NCBI RefSeq assembly: GCF_009914755.1
Contig: NC_060927.1
From: the human T2T-CHM13v2.0 reference genome, Homo sapiens
Reading direction: 5' to 3' (one strand)
DNA length: 64,000 nucleotides
The position numbers and the translations under genes were made by a program. Position 1 is the first letter of the stretch; each line of letters opens with the position of its first letter. The notes beneath the pieces are model-generated. The model was not told the origin of the DNA. It did no database searches and saw only the letters and a list, made by a program, of their open reading frames with translations. Of this stretch, positions 63,490 to 64,000 are shown one piece after another.

Positions 63490-64000
63490 CAAAGATTAGG
63501 AAATAATTTTTGATGGTGGCCATTGTTAAGCCTCCAGAACCTACACCTTTAAAATGGTTAACAGATAAGCCAATTTGGATAGAACAATGGCCACTAAGTA
63601 AAGAGAAACTGGGGGCTTTAGAGAAATTAGTTACTGAACAATTAGAAAATGGGCACATAGCTCCAACATTTTCCCCTTGGAATTCTCCAGTTTTCCTAAC
63701 TAAGAAAAAATCAAGTAAATGGAGAATGTTAACTGACTTAAGAGCCATCAATTCAGTTATACAACCTATGTGAGCATTACAGCCAGGATTGCCTTCTCCT
63801 GCTGTAATTCCAAAAAATTGGCCTTTAATAGTCATAGACTCTAGATTTGCTAATTTTTTCAACTCAGCATTCACCTACAGGTGTTATTGTCCAAGAACAG
63901 GACTTAGTAAGAGTGGCTTTTTCTTCCACATACTAATTCACGGACTCTAACTCCTTATTTAGATCAAATCGCTACTATGATAGGGATTCGGAGAACTCAG
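63490..64000 (+). pseudogene. HML-3 pol remnant, RT core deleted
   Basis: PIWIEQWPL...SPWNSPVF...[11 protein letters not shown], then LIVID jumps near 63840 to connection-like TQHSPTGVIVQ. Confidence 0.85.

Larger units (their letters stand above)
61708..64000 (+). mobile_element. HERV-K(HML-3)/HERVK9 internal region, continues past the window
   Basis: Betaretroviral gag-pro-pol remnants downstream of a MER9 LTR. Confidence 0.92.

Overview
Human (primate) genomic DNA. I recognise the locus from memory of the protein sequences, not from a database search, as chr3q27 VPS8/C3orf70. The + strand carries the last two coding exons and 3'UTR of VPS8 (4485-4565, 7885-8034, AATAAA 8590). The - strand carries the terminal exon of C3orf70 (CDS 39043-39599, about 5 kb 3'UTR), and its upstream intron runs off the right edge. 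The rest is mostly transposon-derived: Alu, MIR, L2, three L1 blocks, MaLR/ERV LTRs including a complete THE1/MST element, DNA transposons, and the 5' part of an internally deleted HERV-K(HML-3)/MER9 provirus. Nearly all ORFs in the supplied track are repeat-derived or spurious. I see no evidence of a new biological system. The most unusual structure is a ~765 bp inverted duplication (28414-29177 vs 30953-31715). Its left copy appears to have been pasted into an old L1 fragment. Three shorter local direct duplications also occur in the window. Repeat subfamily calls are by eye and approximate.
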